Assembly (NCBI GenBank): GCA_963921275.4
Contig: OZ001293.3
Coordinates: 3,712,001-3,776,000 of the forward strand
Origin: an uncultured Hormoscilla sp.
GTDB lineage: Bacteria > Cyanobacteriota > Cyanobacteriia > Cyanobacteriales > Desertifilaceae
Length of the DNA: 64,000 bases
Reading direction: 5' to 3'
Part shown: positions 33,518 to 44,386 of the stretch, in pieces
Layout of the letters: the number at the start of each line of letters is the position of its first letter
How positions within the stretch are numbered: position 1 is the first letter of the stretch
Made by a program: the position numbers and the translations under genes
Notes under the pieces: model-generated
Databases searched by the model: none
What the model was told of the DNA's origin: nothing
What the model saw: the letters and a program-made list of their open reading frames with translations, nothing else

Positions 33518-36500
33518 CTAAATTGATAGACTTAACTGGGAACCATTGGGAGTTTTGGTAACTTCGATGCAGGTACCGAAGGCGGATTTGAGATAGGGCA
33601 TGTGAGTGATGGTGAGGATGCAGCTCATATCAGGGGCGATCGCATTAATGGCAGCAACCAGGCGATCGCAGCCTTCAAGGTCTTGGGTGCCAAAGCCTTC
33701 ATCGACAATTAACATTTGTAAAGAGGTGCCAGATCGTTGGGCCAGGAGTCGGGCTAGGGCGAGACGAATCGCAAAGTTGACGCGGAAAGCTTCACCGCCA
33801 GAATAGGTTTCGTAGGGACGAGTCCCCCGGGTATCAGCAATGAGAATATCTAGGGTATCTATTAATTTATTCTTAGGGGACCGCCCTACCTTTTGAGTCA
33901 CGAATTGAACGTGCAGTTGGTTGTCGCCACAAAGTCGTCCTAGTATGAAATTAGTTTCCACTTCCAGTTGGGGCAGAAGGTTTTCGATCATCAGCGCTGG
34001 AATGCCTTTTTTCCCGAAAGCATGGGCTAGTTCTTGAGCTACTCGATATTGCCGCTGTGTAGATTGTAGTTGCTGCTGCTGGGCTTGGTACTGGGTTTCT
34101 AGAGTTATCAAATGTTGCTGTTGCTGCTGGAGGCGTCCTAGTCGGGCATGCTGTTCGTTCAGTTTTGCTCGGCCTTGGCTGAGTTGGGTTTCTAAGGCTT
34201 TAATCTGGGTAATAGCATCGGGATTTTGTGCCAGTTGTTGGGCTAGCTCCTCAATTTGAGAATTTATCTCCATAAGTTCATTTACGCGGGCCTCAGAGCG
34301 TTCTGTCAACTCGCGAGTCGCTTTTACTAGCTGGGGATATTGTGCTTCCGCTTGCAGTAGCTGTTGGTAGCGCAGCTGGGCTGGTTGAGCTTGTCGCAGA
34401 GCAGTCCGCAAGCTATTGTGCTCGTCTAAGTTATAGCCAAGTGACTCTAGATCCTGTTCCAGGGACTCAATCTGTTGTTGTAAGGGAGATGTTTGCTCTA
34501 ATTGCTCTATAGAGTGATTGAGCTGGGCAATTTGCGCTTCTAATTCGGGGCGCTGGGTGTTAATTTGACGCTGATGCTTGAGGGCGGCTTTGATCTCCCC
34601 TTGCTTAATTTCTGCCCAGCGCCATCGGTTTACTTGTCCTTTGACTAGAGCATGGTCTTTTTCATCGTAGTTGAGTGCGTGCAGTCGCTCTTCAATCAGG
34701 CGGAGTTCTGCCTGTAAGGGGGCGGCATATTCGGCAGTACTTAGCGACTGCTCGATCTTGGCCACTTGCGTCTCCAACGTGTGCAGTCGTACCAGACTTT
34801 CGCTGGTAACGTCGAGACGGGCTTGCAATTCGCCCCGCTTTTCTAGGGCTGGCGTCAACTGACGCAATTGCTCGTCCAGTTCCTGATATTCTGTCCGCAG
34901 AATTTTAATTTCTCGATCGGAGGTTGCTAGCTGTTCCCGCACTACCCACAGTCGATCGAGGATTTCTTGCTGCTGGCAAAGATGTTTTTGCTGTACTAAA
35001 TGCCAATGATGTTCGTCCAGGGGGCGATCGCACAGGGGACATACTCCGATTTTTCCGGAACGGTAGCTTTCATTTTCTTGACTCTCATCAGTCGAGGCGG
35101 TCGATTGCGCTGCGCGCACGCTACGAGATCGAGTCCCATTCAGCATCTGAATTTTCTGGTTCAGTTCCCCCAGCTGGGTTTCATAGCTGCGCTGATCGGC
35201 TTGCAGGCGTTCCATGAAGTGACGCCTTTCCTGTCCTTTTTCTAGTACTCGCTGCTGATAGATGCGCTGCTTTTCTAACTGTTGAATTCGATCCTGTATT
35301 TCCTGGGCTGCTTCTTGGAGTTGGGGGGCCCGGGCTCGATCTTCTTGCATCTGGACCAGAGAGGTTTGCAGTTCTTCTAATTTAGCACTCAAATAGGCCC
35401 GATCGCGCTCTAACTGGCTTTCTAGCTGCTGGCGGCGTCGCAGTAGGGGGGCCACCTGCAGTTGCAGCCTGTCCAGGTACGCGAGGCGATCGCGTCGGAG
35501 GCGCAGTTGTTGCAGTCCCGCTTCTACTTCTGATTGCTGGCTAAGGGTTTGCTGTAGTTCCTGTTCTTGTTGGCATAAGGCTTCTAGCTGAGCTTGACTT
35601 TTACGTAATTGCTTTTGCAGTTCTCCAACTTGCTCGGCTTTCGTTGCTAGCAACTGTTGCAACTGTGCTTGGGCTGCATGGTGGGCTTGAAATTTAGCCG
35701 CAAAGACTTCTTCTCGCTCTTGTAGGTGTTGGAAACGGGCGTAGGCTTCGGTGATCGCGCTTTTGGTCTCTAACAAGCTTTCTATTTCCCGCTGTTTCTG
35801 GGTTGCTGCTGTCAATTCTTGCTGCAGGCGATCGCACTCTTCGCTCAGGACGCGGTACTGACTGCGCTGCCAGGAGAGCTGTTGCTGCTGGGCTTGCTGT
35901 TGATGGTATAGGGTTTGTAAACTTTGCAGTTGTTGTCGAGTGACGTTTTGCGAGGCGCTTAGTGCAGCAGTCTCCTTTTCTAGGTTTGCTAGTTCTTCGG
36001 CGATCTCCGAGTCCGCTTTTAGCTCCCTTTCCATCTCCGACAGCCTGTGAGCTTGCAGATCCACTTGTCCCTTAAGAAGGCGTGATCGCTCTTTTGCCTG
36101 TTCTGCCAGGGAATCATACTGGTCTAGACTGAGGAGTTTTGCCAGGATCTGCTTGCGCTCCGTCGGACCTTTAAGCATAAATTCATCCGAGCCACCTTGG
36201 CGTAAATAGGCAGAATTGACAAAAGTCTCGTAGTCTAGCTTCAGTTGCTGTGTAATCAGCTGTTGGGTTGCCCGCATTTTACCTGCGGTCAAAGATCTAA
36301 AGCCCTTTGGGGTCTGCACCTGAAATTCCAGCGTACTGGGACCCTTTCGCTGACGGGAGCGAATTACCCGATAGGTTTGCTCGTCTTTAGAGAAGACCAA
36401 ATCAACCCTCACCTCAGACGTACCAATATGTATCAGGTCATCTTCCGACGCGGCGCGGCTTTCACCCCACAGACTCCAGGCGATCGCTTCTAGCAGTCCC

Positions 36501-36613
36501 GACTTGCCCGAGCCATTCTTTCCACAAATGCAGGCCGTATGCAAGCCGCGAAAATTCAGGGTTGCCTCGCGATAGCTGAGGAAGTTTTTTAGCGTTAGTT
36601 CTAGCGGAATCAT
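33518..36613 (-). CDS. sbcC: SbcC (Rad50-like) exonuclease ATPase subunit
   Basis: Walker A GKNGSGKS, coiled coils, CPLC zinc hook, YSGGE signature, IVDEGFG. Confidence 0.95.
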   Translation of the reverse strand: MIPLELTLKNFLSYREATLNFRGLHTACICGKNGSGKSGLLEAIAWSLWGESRAASEDDLIHIGTSEVRVDLVFSKDEQTYRVIRSRQRKGPSTLEFQVQTPKGFRSLTAGKMRATQQLITQQLKLDYETFVNSAYLRQGGSDEFMLKGPTERKQILAKLLSLDQYDSLAEQAKERSRLLKGQVDLQAHRLSEMERELKADSEIAEELANLEKETAALSASQNVTRQQLQSLQTLYHQQQAQQQQLSWQRSQYRVLSEECDRLQQELTAATQKQREIESLLETKSAITEAYARFQHLQEREEVFAAKFQAHHAAQAQLQQLLATKAEQVGELQKQLRKSQAQLEALCQQEQELQQTLSQQSEVEAGLQQLRLRRDRLAYLDRLQLQVAPLLRRRQQLESQLERDRAYLSAKLEELQTSLVQMQEDRARAPQLQEAAQEIQDRIQQLEKQRIYQQRVLEKGQERRHFMERLQADQRSYETQLGELNQKIQMLNGTRSRSVRAAQSTASTDESQENESYRSGKIGVCPLCDRPLDEHHWHLVQQKHLCQQQEILDRLWVVREQLATSDREIKILRTEYQELDEQLRQLTPALEKRGELQARLDVTSESLVRLHTLETQVAKIEQSLSTAEYAAPLQAELRLIEERLHALNYDEKDHALVKGQVNRWRWAEIKQGEIKAALKHQRQINTQRPELEAQIAQLNHSIEQLEQTSPLQQQIESLEQDLESLGYNLDEHNSLRTALRQAQPAQLRYQQLLQAEAQYPQLVKATRELTERSEARVNELMEINSQIEELAQQLAQNPDAITQIKALETQLSQGRAKLNEQHARLGRLQQQQQHLITLETQYQAQQQQLQSTQRQYRVAQELAHAFGKKGIPALMIENLLPQLEVETNFILGRLCGDNQLHVQFVTQKVGRSPKNKLIDTLDILIADTRGTRPYETYSGGEAFRVNFAIRLALARLLAQRSGTSLQMLIVDEGFGTQDLEGCDRLVAAINAIAPDMSCILTITHMPYLKSAFGTCIEVTKTPNGSQLSLSI

Positions 36614-36678
36614 GCAGTCGAGATGGCCATAAGTTCATTCTTTTAAAAAAAAATAGCAGCCTCATCACAGTTTTGGCT

Positions 36679-37551
36679 AGGGAGTGTCATCAATTAAGCC
36701 ATATTACAGCTGCCGCGAGGTAGATGGCACCCAAGAAATTGCGAGCCGTTTTATCGTAGCGTGTCGCCAGAGCCCTGTATTGCTTGAGTTTTTGGAATAG
36801 ATTTTCAATTAGATGCCGCCACTTGTACATTTCTTCATCGTATTCTCTGTGTTCTGTGCGGTTACTTTTTGGAGGAATGACAGCCATCCAATCCGCCTCT
36901 TTCAGGCGCTCGAGCACACGTTGTTCCGCATCATAGGCTTTATCTGCAAGCAGCGCGCCAATCTCACCGATTTTATCCAATAGCACGTCAGCGCCTTTCC
37001 CGTCGTGGGCTTGGCCAGGGGAGATGAAATCCTGTGGGATTGCCTTGGGCAATCGCAAGTGGCATGAATCTTTGTCGATAGTCCCCCTTTACTACGGCCT
37101 ATGGCTTGGGTTTCGCACGTATCTGAGGGTGTTTTTTTTTGCACCCGCACGCTCGTTGATGGGCACGCAGGATGGTGGCATCAATCGCGGCGTATTCGTT
37201 ATCGGCGTCTGAGGCCAAGACATCGAATACCTGCTTCCAAACTCCCTTTTCAGACCAACGGGTATGGCGGGTATGAACAACCCGAAAATCCCCAAAACAC
37301 TCCGGTAAATCCCGCCAGGGAATGCCAGCACGATATCGATATAACACGGCAGAACACGAATAATCTATTGTTCTTGGCTGTAGCGCCTGGGTCACCCTCT
37401 TTACCAGGTAAAAGGTGTTCGATCCGTTCCCACTGGTCGTCTCGCAAGCCATAGCGTCTCATATCATGCCCTCTTGATTGTTATTGCTGGATAAGGACTC
37501 CATACCGTATCCATCTATTTCTGTCAAGCAATTTGATTGATGACACACCCT
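36679..37551 (-). mobile_element. IS5-family element (IS427-like, two-ORF) with extra frameshifts
   Basis: TIRs AGGGAGTGTCATCAA / TTGATGACACACCCT within CTAG sites; WRDLP, GRSKGGLSTKIH, ADKAYD, ATRYDK; A9 slippery run at 37132-37140. Confidence 0.85.
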
Positions 37552-37975
37552 AGTCCAATTCCAGAAATTTTCATTTCTTAATATTTATTTAATAACTATT
37601 GAGCGATATTATTCTCGCTCCCAGAAATGTGGAGATGCTGTAGGTTGGGTAGAGGCACGAAACCCAACCAGGAGATATGGCTTTAGCTTGCGGGCGTAAG
37701 GGGCGATACTGCTGCGCAGTCGCTGCGCGATCGGGAGGCGATCGCCTGTCAGGGGAATGACTGACGCGGCGTCCCCTCTGGGGCCGGGTTTCCCCTTTAG
37801 GATCCGAAATGGTTAGGGCGAGCGCCATCTCAAGAAACTCGGCTTCGATATCTCTGGGGTAGTGCGAATAGCGCGTCCCCTCTGGGGGATATCGAAGCAT
37901 CAGAGAGCTACCCGTACTGCATGTCCTGGGAGCGCTAGTCGCACTACCCAGGACATGCAGACTGTTAATCTCGGG

Positions 37976-38176
37976 CTATTCGGACGGTGGTAAGGAATTG
38001 GGAGTCTTTTGCAGAACCCAGTCCAGATACAGCACCAGAATCTGGAGTTTAACGAAATTGCCGAGCCGCTTCAGGTTGTCATCACTCAGCACCAACGCCC
38101 AAAACTTGGTCAGCAATAACCGCAAAACAATCTCGCCAGACTGCTGGATTATCCAAATCATGATATTTATCACCAT
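37976..38176 (-). CDS. Hypothetical small protein divergent from the NACHT gene
   Basis: ATG-started 66-aa ORF with plausible composition; no recognised motif. Confidence 0.4.
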   Translation of the reverse strand: MVINIMIWIIQQSGEIVLRLLLTKFWALVLSDDNLKRLGNFVKLQILVLYLDWVLQKTPNSLPPSE

Positions 38177-38682
38177 TGCAATTACGTTTTATTCAACTAA
38201 ATCCACTCTGGCAACTGCATCTGGGAAGTATCTCTCAAACTTAGGCTGACATACCCTGACATAGCCTGACATCGGGCAGACAATGCCTATCTCATCCAAA
38301 TCTGGAACGAAAAACCCCTGTTTGCCACTGCGCGGGCTAGACTGGATAGGGTCTGTGCTGCCCACCGAATATCTTTTGTTGGTTCCCCACAGGTTGGAAA
38401 CCTGGGGCTACACGAACAAAGCCCGCCTACGCGGGCTAGACTGGATAGGGTCTGTGCTGCCCACCGAAGATCTTTGCTAGACTGACTTGAAAGTGATTGT
38501 GAGATTAGCCGATGAAACCCCTACTGCGTGACTTTCTGACTAAGATAGCTCGTGAATATAAACTTTCCTCAAAGCAGGAGGAGGCTTTCGTCGAGCTCTT
38601 TAGTACGGGAAAAAGCGAACTAGAAATTGCAGAAAACGTTCTCTACATATCTCCAGGTGCCTTCCGTACTCGCATGACTGGA

Positions 38683-40570
38683 GGGTATCAACTTAAGCCG
38701 GGAAAGCTAGAGTAGATAAGGCTTGTGGGTGATGTGCTTTTTTTGACCGTCGAGGTCAAGGGAGATCACCCATGCTCGCCACAAGCCAATCAAACACCAA
38801 GGGAAAAGATTGCTCAAAGAGACGTTCCGCAGCAGTGGAACCATCCGCGGGTCGTAAGTGGGGTTGGGTGTTTTGTCTTGGCGCTGCTGCAACTTTTGGA
38901 GTTCCTGATGGACAGAACTCAGCTGACCCCCAATACTCTGTCCCAAGGGTTAAGCTAAGGCCCTCAAGGCATGAAATAAATCGGGTACATGGACAGATCG
39001 GAGTTTCTCTGACCCTAACCCCCATCAGCGCTCGTGCCCCATCCCTGACCAAACCCTCAATCTGCCAGTCCCAGAGAACTCCACATTTGTCGAGTTCTTC
39101 TGTCCAACTATCCTAGGTGCGCTCTTCCTTTTCCGTTTCCACCAACAAATACCCGCTCCCTAACTCCATCAGAAGCAATATCGGCTGGGAAAAGTTGGAC
39201 TTTTGTTCATCTCCATAGGCTTTAATCTGCTCGAGCAGGCGCTGTTTGACACTCCGTAGCGCACTGGCTGACACCACCACATGGCCCTCTAAATGCACTG
39301 CTTGCAAAAAGGCGTTGCACAATTACGGGATGATTTAACTAGGGACAGGTACAGAATTATAAGGTAGATAGTGCAATAATAACTTAATTAAAAGTCTTAA
39401 CATTTCTTCGGACTTTAAGTAACATAATGTTTTTCTTTTTAATCGAGCTAGATAATGTCTTAATCGACAATTTTCACCTTCAACACGGGTCATGTAGGTT
39501 TTGCTGACGGTCAAGATATTCAATAAACATTGGATAGACAGGCCATCCATCAGTAACGTAGAAAAAGCATTGCCAACATTTTATAATATCCCACAATGGC
39601 TTAAAAGTTTCCGCGCTCTCGATCACCTAATACCTATGTTATAGTCCCTGGCTTAAAATGATTTACGACTGTCCATAGCTACTTTTTATTCTTTTTTTCA
39701 TTTACATAAGTATGCAACTAGTCAATCTCTGCAACCTCCGGAATCTCGTAGTTTTCAGGGATTGACGGTAATTCTTTAGCTGCTTGTTTTACCCAATTAA
39801 TTTGAGTATTATGGTTGACGCTCCTTTCAATACCTCGAAATCCCTTGCCATTAAGGTACATCGTTAAACAATTTTTCTTGACATCTTCCTATGGAACCGC
39901 GCGCGCGGATAATAATGTTCGAGAAACTGACGGCGACAAGCCTTACAAATTAAATTATGTTTGCCGCGTCTGTGACCATTTTTATTGATTTTTTCAGAAC
40001 CACATCGGGGACATTTCATGTTCAACTCCTTTAGCTAATTAGTTCCCCTTACGCTCCATGATAACACTAATTATGACTACTGAGAAAAAATTAATCATAT
40101 CAATCATAAATTCTTCTTGTAAAATTGCAAATTATCATAATCTGCATTAAACCATCATCCCGAAAATGTGCAACGCCTGCAAAAATTCACGACTAGGCTC
40201 TCTGCTCCCACTCCTTGCTTTATCTCGAAATAGTACACAACTGCGCACAACTTTAACCACTCCCTACCACGTCTCCCACAAAGGAGATTCTGGATATCGA
40301 TTGCGTTGGGCAATAGCCTTCTGATGGCGAGCCACGCTACTTTTGGACATCAAGGTGGCTTGCCCTATCAACTCAAGAGTCTGCTTACCTTTATCTTGCA
40401 TGCATTGCGCGACTTTTTGGCGACGTTCTCTTATATTAAAGTTCATTGTATCCTTGTTCAAATCTCTACAAGGATACAATATAGCACTCTGTGGTCTACC
40501 ACAGAGTTTTTGATTTTTTTGTGCTTTTTTATACCCAATTTTTTTCTTTTCCCGGCTTAAGTTTATACCC
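38683..40570 (-). mobile_element. IS-like element with an uncharacterised, decayed transposase; contains a nested IS1
   Basis: TIRs GGGTATCAACTTAAGCCGGGA / TCCCGGCTTAAGTTTATACCC; 8-bp TSD TGACTGGA; related ends near 9934 and 56484. Confidence 0.8.
39311..40177 (-). mobile_element. IS1-family element nested in another IS
   Basis: TIRs GGCGTTGCACA / TGTGCAACGCC; TSD TGCAAAAA; KTYMTRVEGENCRLRHYLARL. Confidence 0.9.
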
Positions 40571-42828
40571 TGACTGGAGTTTACCGAAAGTTCAACATTG
40601 GTATTAATGCAAACAGACCGACTAAATTATACGAGCTGCACAATTTTCTGCTGGAGGAGTATCAGAAACGCCATGGCACTCCCATTTTTGAAGATCCAAA
40701 GGCGGACATTGATGTTCTCGTGTAAGAAGTACGCCAAAGTGTCAAACAACACATTTAAGCACGCTGCGGCACGATGCGAGTGCTGGATATGACTTACCCG
40801 ATCGGCTTAAATGAAATCTACACCAACGTCAACATTCTGGAGAAAATCACGGGGCGCAGGCGAAAAGATATAGCTGAATTACTGCAAGACTGTCACTCAG
40901 AGGAATTTTCCCGCTTTGGACTGGGCAAGATCGCAGAAGAACGAGTCCCAGGACTGGATGCCGTCAATAGATATGCTAAACTGCTCGTCTTGGGAAAGCC
41001 AGAGGCAGGTAAAACCACCTTTTTGAAGCATGTAGCCATCCAGTGCAATGAGGAGGAATTTCAGTCCGATCGCGTGCTGATATTTATCACCCTCAAAGAC
41101 TTTGCCGAAGCGCCAAATCAACCAGGATTATTGGAATACATCTGTCAGCAATTCTCTGACAGTAGCAGGGAAGAGACCTTGACTGCAAATTCTCAGGTTA
41201 TCGCAGGTGGCAGGGCGTTGATTTTACTCGATGGGTTGGATGAAGTCAGAGAAGCGGACAGCGATCGGGTATTAAAGGAAATCAGTAAATTTTCTGACCA
41301 GTATCGTGATAATCACTTTGTGATGACTTACCGCATTGCTGCGAGTGAATATCTTTTTGAGAAGTTCACCGATGTGGAAATGGCAGATTTTGATGAGGAA
41401 CAAATTTTGACATTTGCCACCAATTGGTTTAATAATAAGGCAGTCAAAGCCGGGAGGTTTATGGAACGGAAGAAAATGAGCGAACGAAAGAACTAGCTAC
41501 AAACCCGCTGCTGCTGACGCTGCTATGCCTGGCATTTGAAGAATCAGGGGATTTTCCAGCAAATCCTTATGAACTATACAAAGAAGGACTGGATGCGCTG
41601 CCGAAGAAATGGGATGCCAAGTGAGGAATTTACCGCGACCAAGTTTACAAAAAGCTATCGCCCCAGCGCAAGGAAGACTTACTCAGCAAACTTGCCCTGA
41701 CTACCTTTGAGGGTAGTGACTATTTCTTCAAGCAGAAAGTCGCAGAGCAATACATCACAGAATACATCCGCAACTTGCCCGATGCCAGTAATGACCAGGA
41801 AACCTTGCAACTGGACAGTGAGGCAGTTTTGAAATCTATTGAAGCACAACATGGGTTATTGGTGGAACGGGCGAAAAGTATTTACTCGTTTTCCCATCTG
41901 ACATTTCACGAGTATTTCACGGCTAGGGAAATTATTATTGGGAAACAGTCTTCAGAGGAAGCCTTACAAAATCTGGTCAGTCACATTACTAATAAACGCT
42001 GGCGTGAGGTCTTTTTGCTAGCACTTGGGATGTCGCCAAATGCCGAACGTTTGCTGTTGTTGATGAAAGAGTTGGTTAATGTGCTTGCTGCTGATGATGA
42101 GAAGTTACAGCAGTTTCTGATATGGGTAAATCAGAAGTCTATTTCAGTTGAGGTTCCCTACAAACCTGCGGCAGTTCGTTCGTTTTACCTAGAACTTGGC
42201 TTTGGCATTAACGATGACATCGATCTCGACCTCTTGACTTCCACCTATTTTATGCTCTCTTCCTAAATGATGTATATGCTTTCAAGATTGCATATCCTGA
42301 AATAGAGCCAGAAATAGCTAAAATACTACGACAGCCTGAATCTAAATTCACTGAAACAGAGAATTCAGAAATAATTAACGATTATTATTTTACTGAGAGA
42401 TTAAAATATGCGATAAGCATCGCAATTTTGGTCAAGATTGGCATTTTAGCGAACATCATAAAAAACTGTTTCAGCAGTATTACGATGCCAATTTATTGCT
42501 AGTAGAATGCCTGAATAGCGATTGTTATGTCAGCCGTGAGGTGCGACAGGAGATAGAGGATATCTTGTTCTTGCCCATTGCCGAGATTGAGAAACGCAAG
42601 CAGCGGACTTGATAACGAATGTAGCGGAAATCAAATGAGCCCATGCACGATAAAATAAAATTTCAACAGATTAGTCAAGCAGAATTAAATCAGATTGAAT
42701 GCGTGCTTCTGGTAATTGTCCACGACTACCCTCATAAATTTGCTATCCTAGATTTTGGCGTGGGATAAACGCATCAGCTCAAAAGTAAGGCATAATTAGC
42801 AGAAACCTCAGTAAGGGAGAAGATTGAT

Positions 42829-43647
42829 ATGGGTTCGACAGTAGAAGTTAACAGCACCAACTTCACCACCGAAGTGATCGAAAAGTCCTATGAAAAGCCC
42901 GTCCTCATGGACTTCTTTGCCACCTGGTGCGGTCCCTGCAAGATGCTAATGCCAATGCTCGAAGGGCTACTGGCAGAATATGACTTCGTATTAGCAAAGG
43001 TCGATATTGACCAAAATCATGACTTAGCACATACCTACGGCGTCGAGGGAGTCCCAGATGTTAAGATTGTCATTGATGGGCAAGTCAGACCCGGATTTGT
43101 CGGTGTCAAGCCAGAACCATAGCTGCGCCAGCTGCTAGAAAGCCTGAATCTCCAGTCAGAACTGGAAATGGGACTGCAAGCCATTCAGACCGCATCCACA
43201 TCCGGTGATGTCCAGCAGGCCAAACAGCTGTTAGACCAGCTATTTGCCAAATACCCCGAAAATCCCCATGTGACGATCGCCGCAGCGAAGTTTCTAGTCA
43301 GCTTGCACTAGTTGGAAGACGCCGAAAAGCTGTTAGGGACCATTGGCGAGGACGATCGCGAGCACTACCGGCAGGCCCAGGCAGTCAAAGCCTTAATCCA
43401 TTTCCAGCAAGAAGCAGACAACCCTGGGGACAGCGAACTAGACCAACTCTATGCCAAAGCCTGTCGCTTGGCCCTCGCCCAAGAGTATAACGAAGCCTTG
43501 CAGATCTTTTTAGACATAGTGGGCAAAAGCCGCAAATATAAGAACGATGGAGCCAGAAAAGCCATGCTGGTCGTATTTGGCCTCCTGGGGGACTCCCATC
43601 CCTTAACCAAGCAATATCGCAAGCAGCTCCTGCTACAGCTATACTAA
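42829..43647 (+). pseudogene. Thioredoxin-TPR co-chaperone (YbbN/CnoX-like) with two in-frame TAG stops
   Basis: WCGPC thioredoxin motif then TPR-like helices ending YRKQLLLQLY; TAG at 43120 and 43309 in the same frame. Confidence 0.85.
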
Positions 43648-44386
43648 GACCATGCCGAGAATATGACACACGTGCTTGGCAAAGAATAGCCAGGACTGAC
43701 GCAAGTAGCAGATGGTGGCCACTGTAATTTCAAGCAAGAGGATGAAGCTGAATCAGATTAGCACTAACAGCTACCAGAAGCTACAGATACCGGTAGCTTC
43801 TGAATATTTCGGGTATACAAGTACCTAAAGATTCTCAAAACTGCGAGTATGTGCCGGTGATATCAGAGCGCTCGACCGGTGTTGTTATGTTTTAACCAGT
43901 CGCGATCGCCCTTCTTCAATGCGAGTTTCAAGGTGGGATTGGTTGGGAAGGTGATTGCACCAAAATATTCGGTGTGCTACGGACTTTTTTTGATGAGCGG
44001 AGCTTAGCTGCCAAATACGCAAATCGTAGGCTCACGGGGGAGACAGCACTGGCACTACCTCGGTTCTGGCTACATGCTGATGCGATCGCAAACGATGGCT
44101 ATTTGACCAGAACAGCTTCTTGAGGCGATCTTCGTCGGGATTAGACTTCGGTTGTTAGTGGTATGGTGTCTATTCACTTGTCAAATGGGGCGATCACCCC
44201 GCTTCAGCATCGGTCAAAAGAGCGATCATCTTATGGCCACTTTGATCGCCGGTTGAGAAGCAACAGTTCACAAAGCAGGTATCAGAATACCTAAAAAGTC
44301 ATCAAATTGCAAGTAAGTGCCGGTGATAAACAGGCGATCGGGATTGTTACACTGGCAAGTGGAATGAAAGGATATGACAGATACAT

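Larger units (their letters stand above)
38512..42612 (+). pseudogene. NACHT NTPase with N-terminal HTH-like region, broken by an IS, frameshifts and stops
   Basis: LGKPEAGKTT, LLDGLDEV, TNPLLLTLLC, FSHLTFHEYF, LLVECLNSDC pieces in several frames. Confidence 0.88.

Noticed and set aside
43719..44380. Identifiable gene in the left part of the island cargo
   Set aside because: Only short interrupted frames; I could not assign a family.
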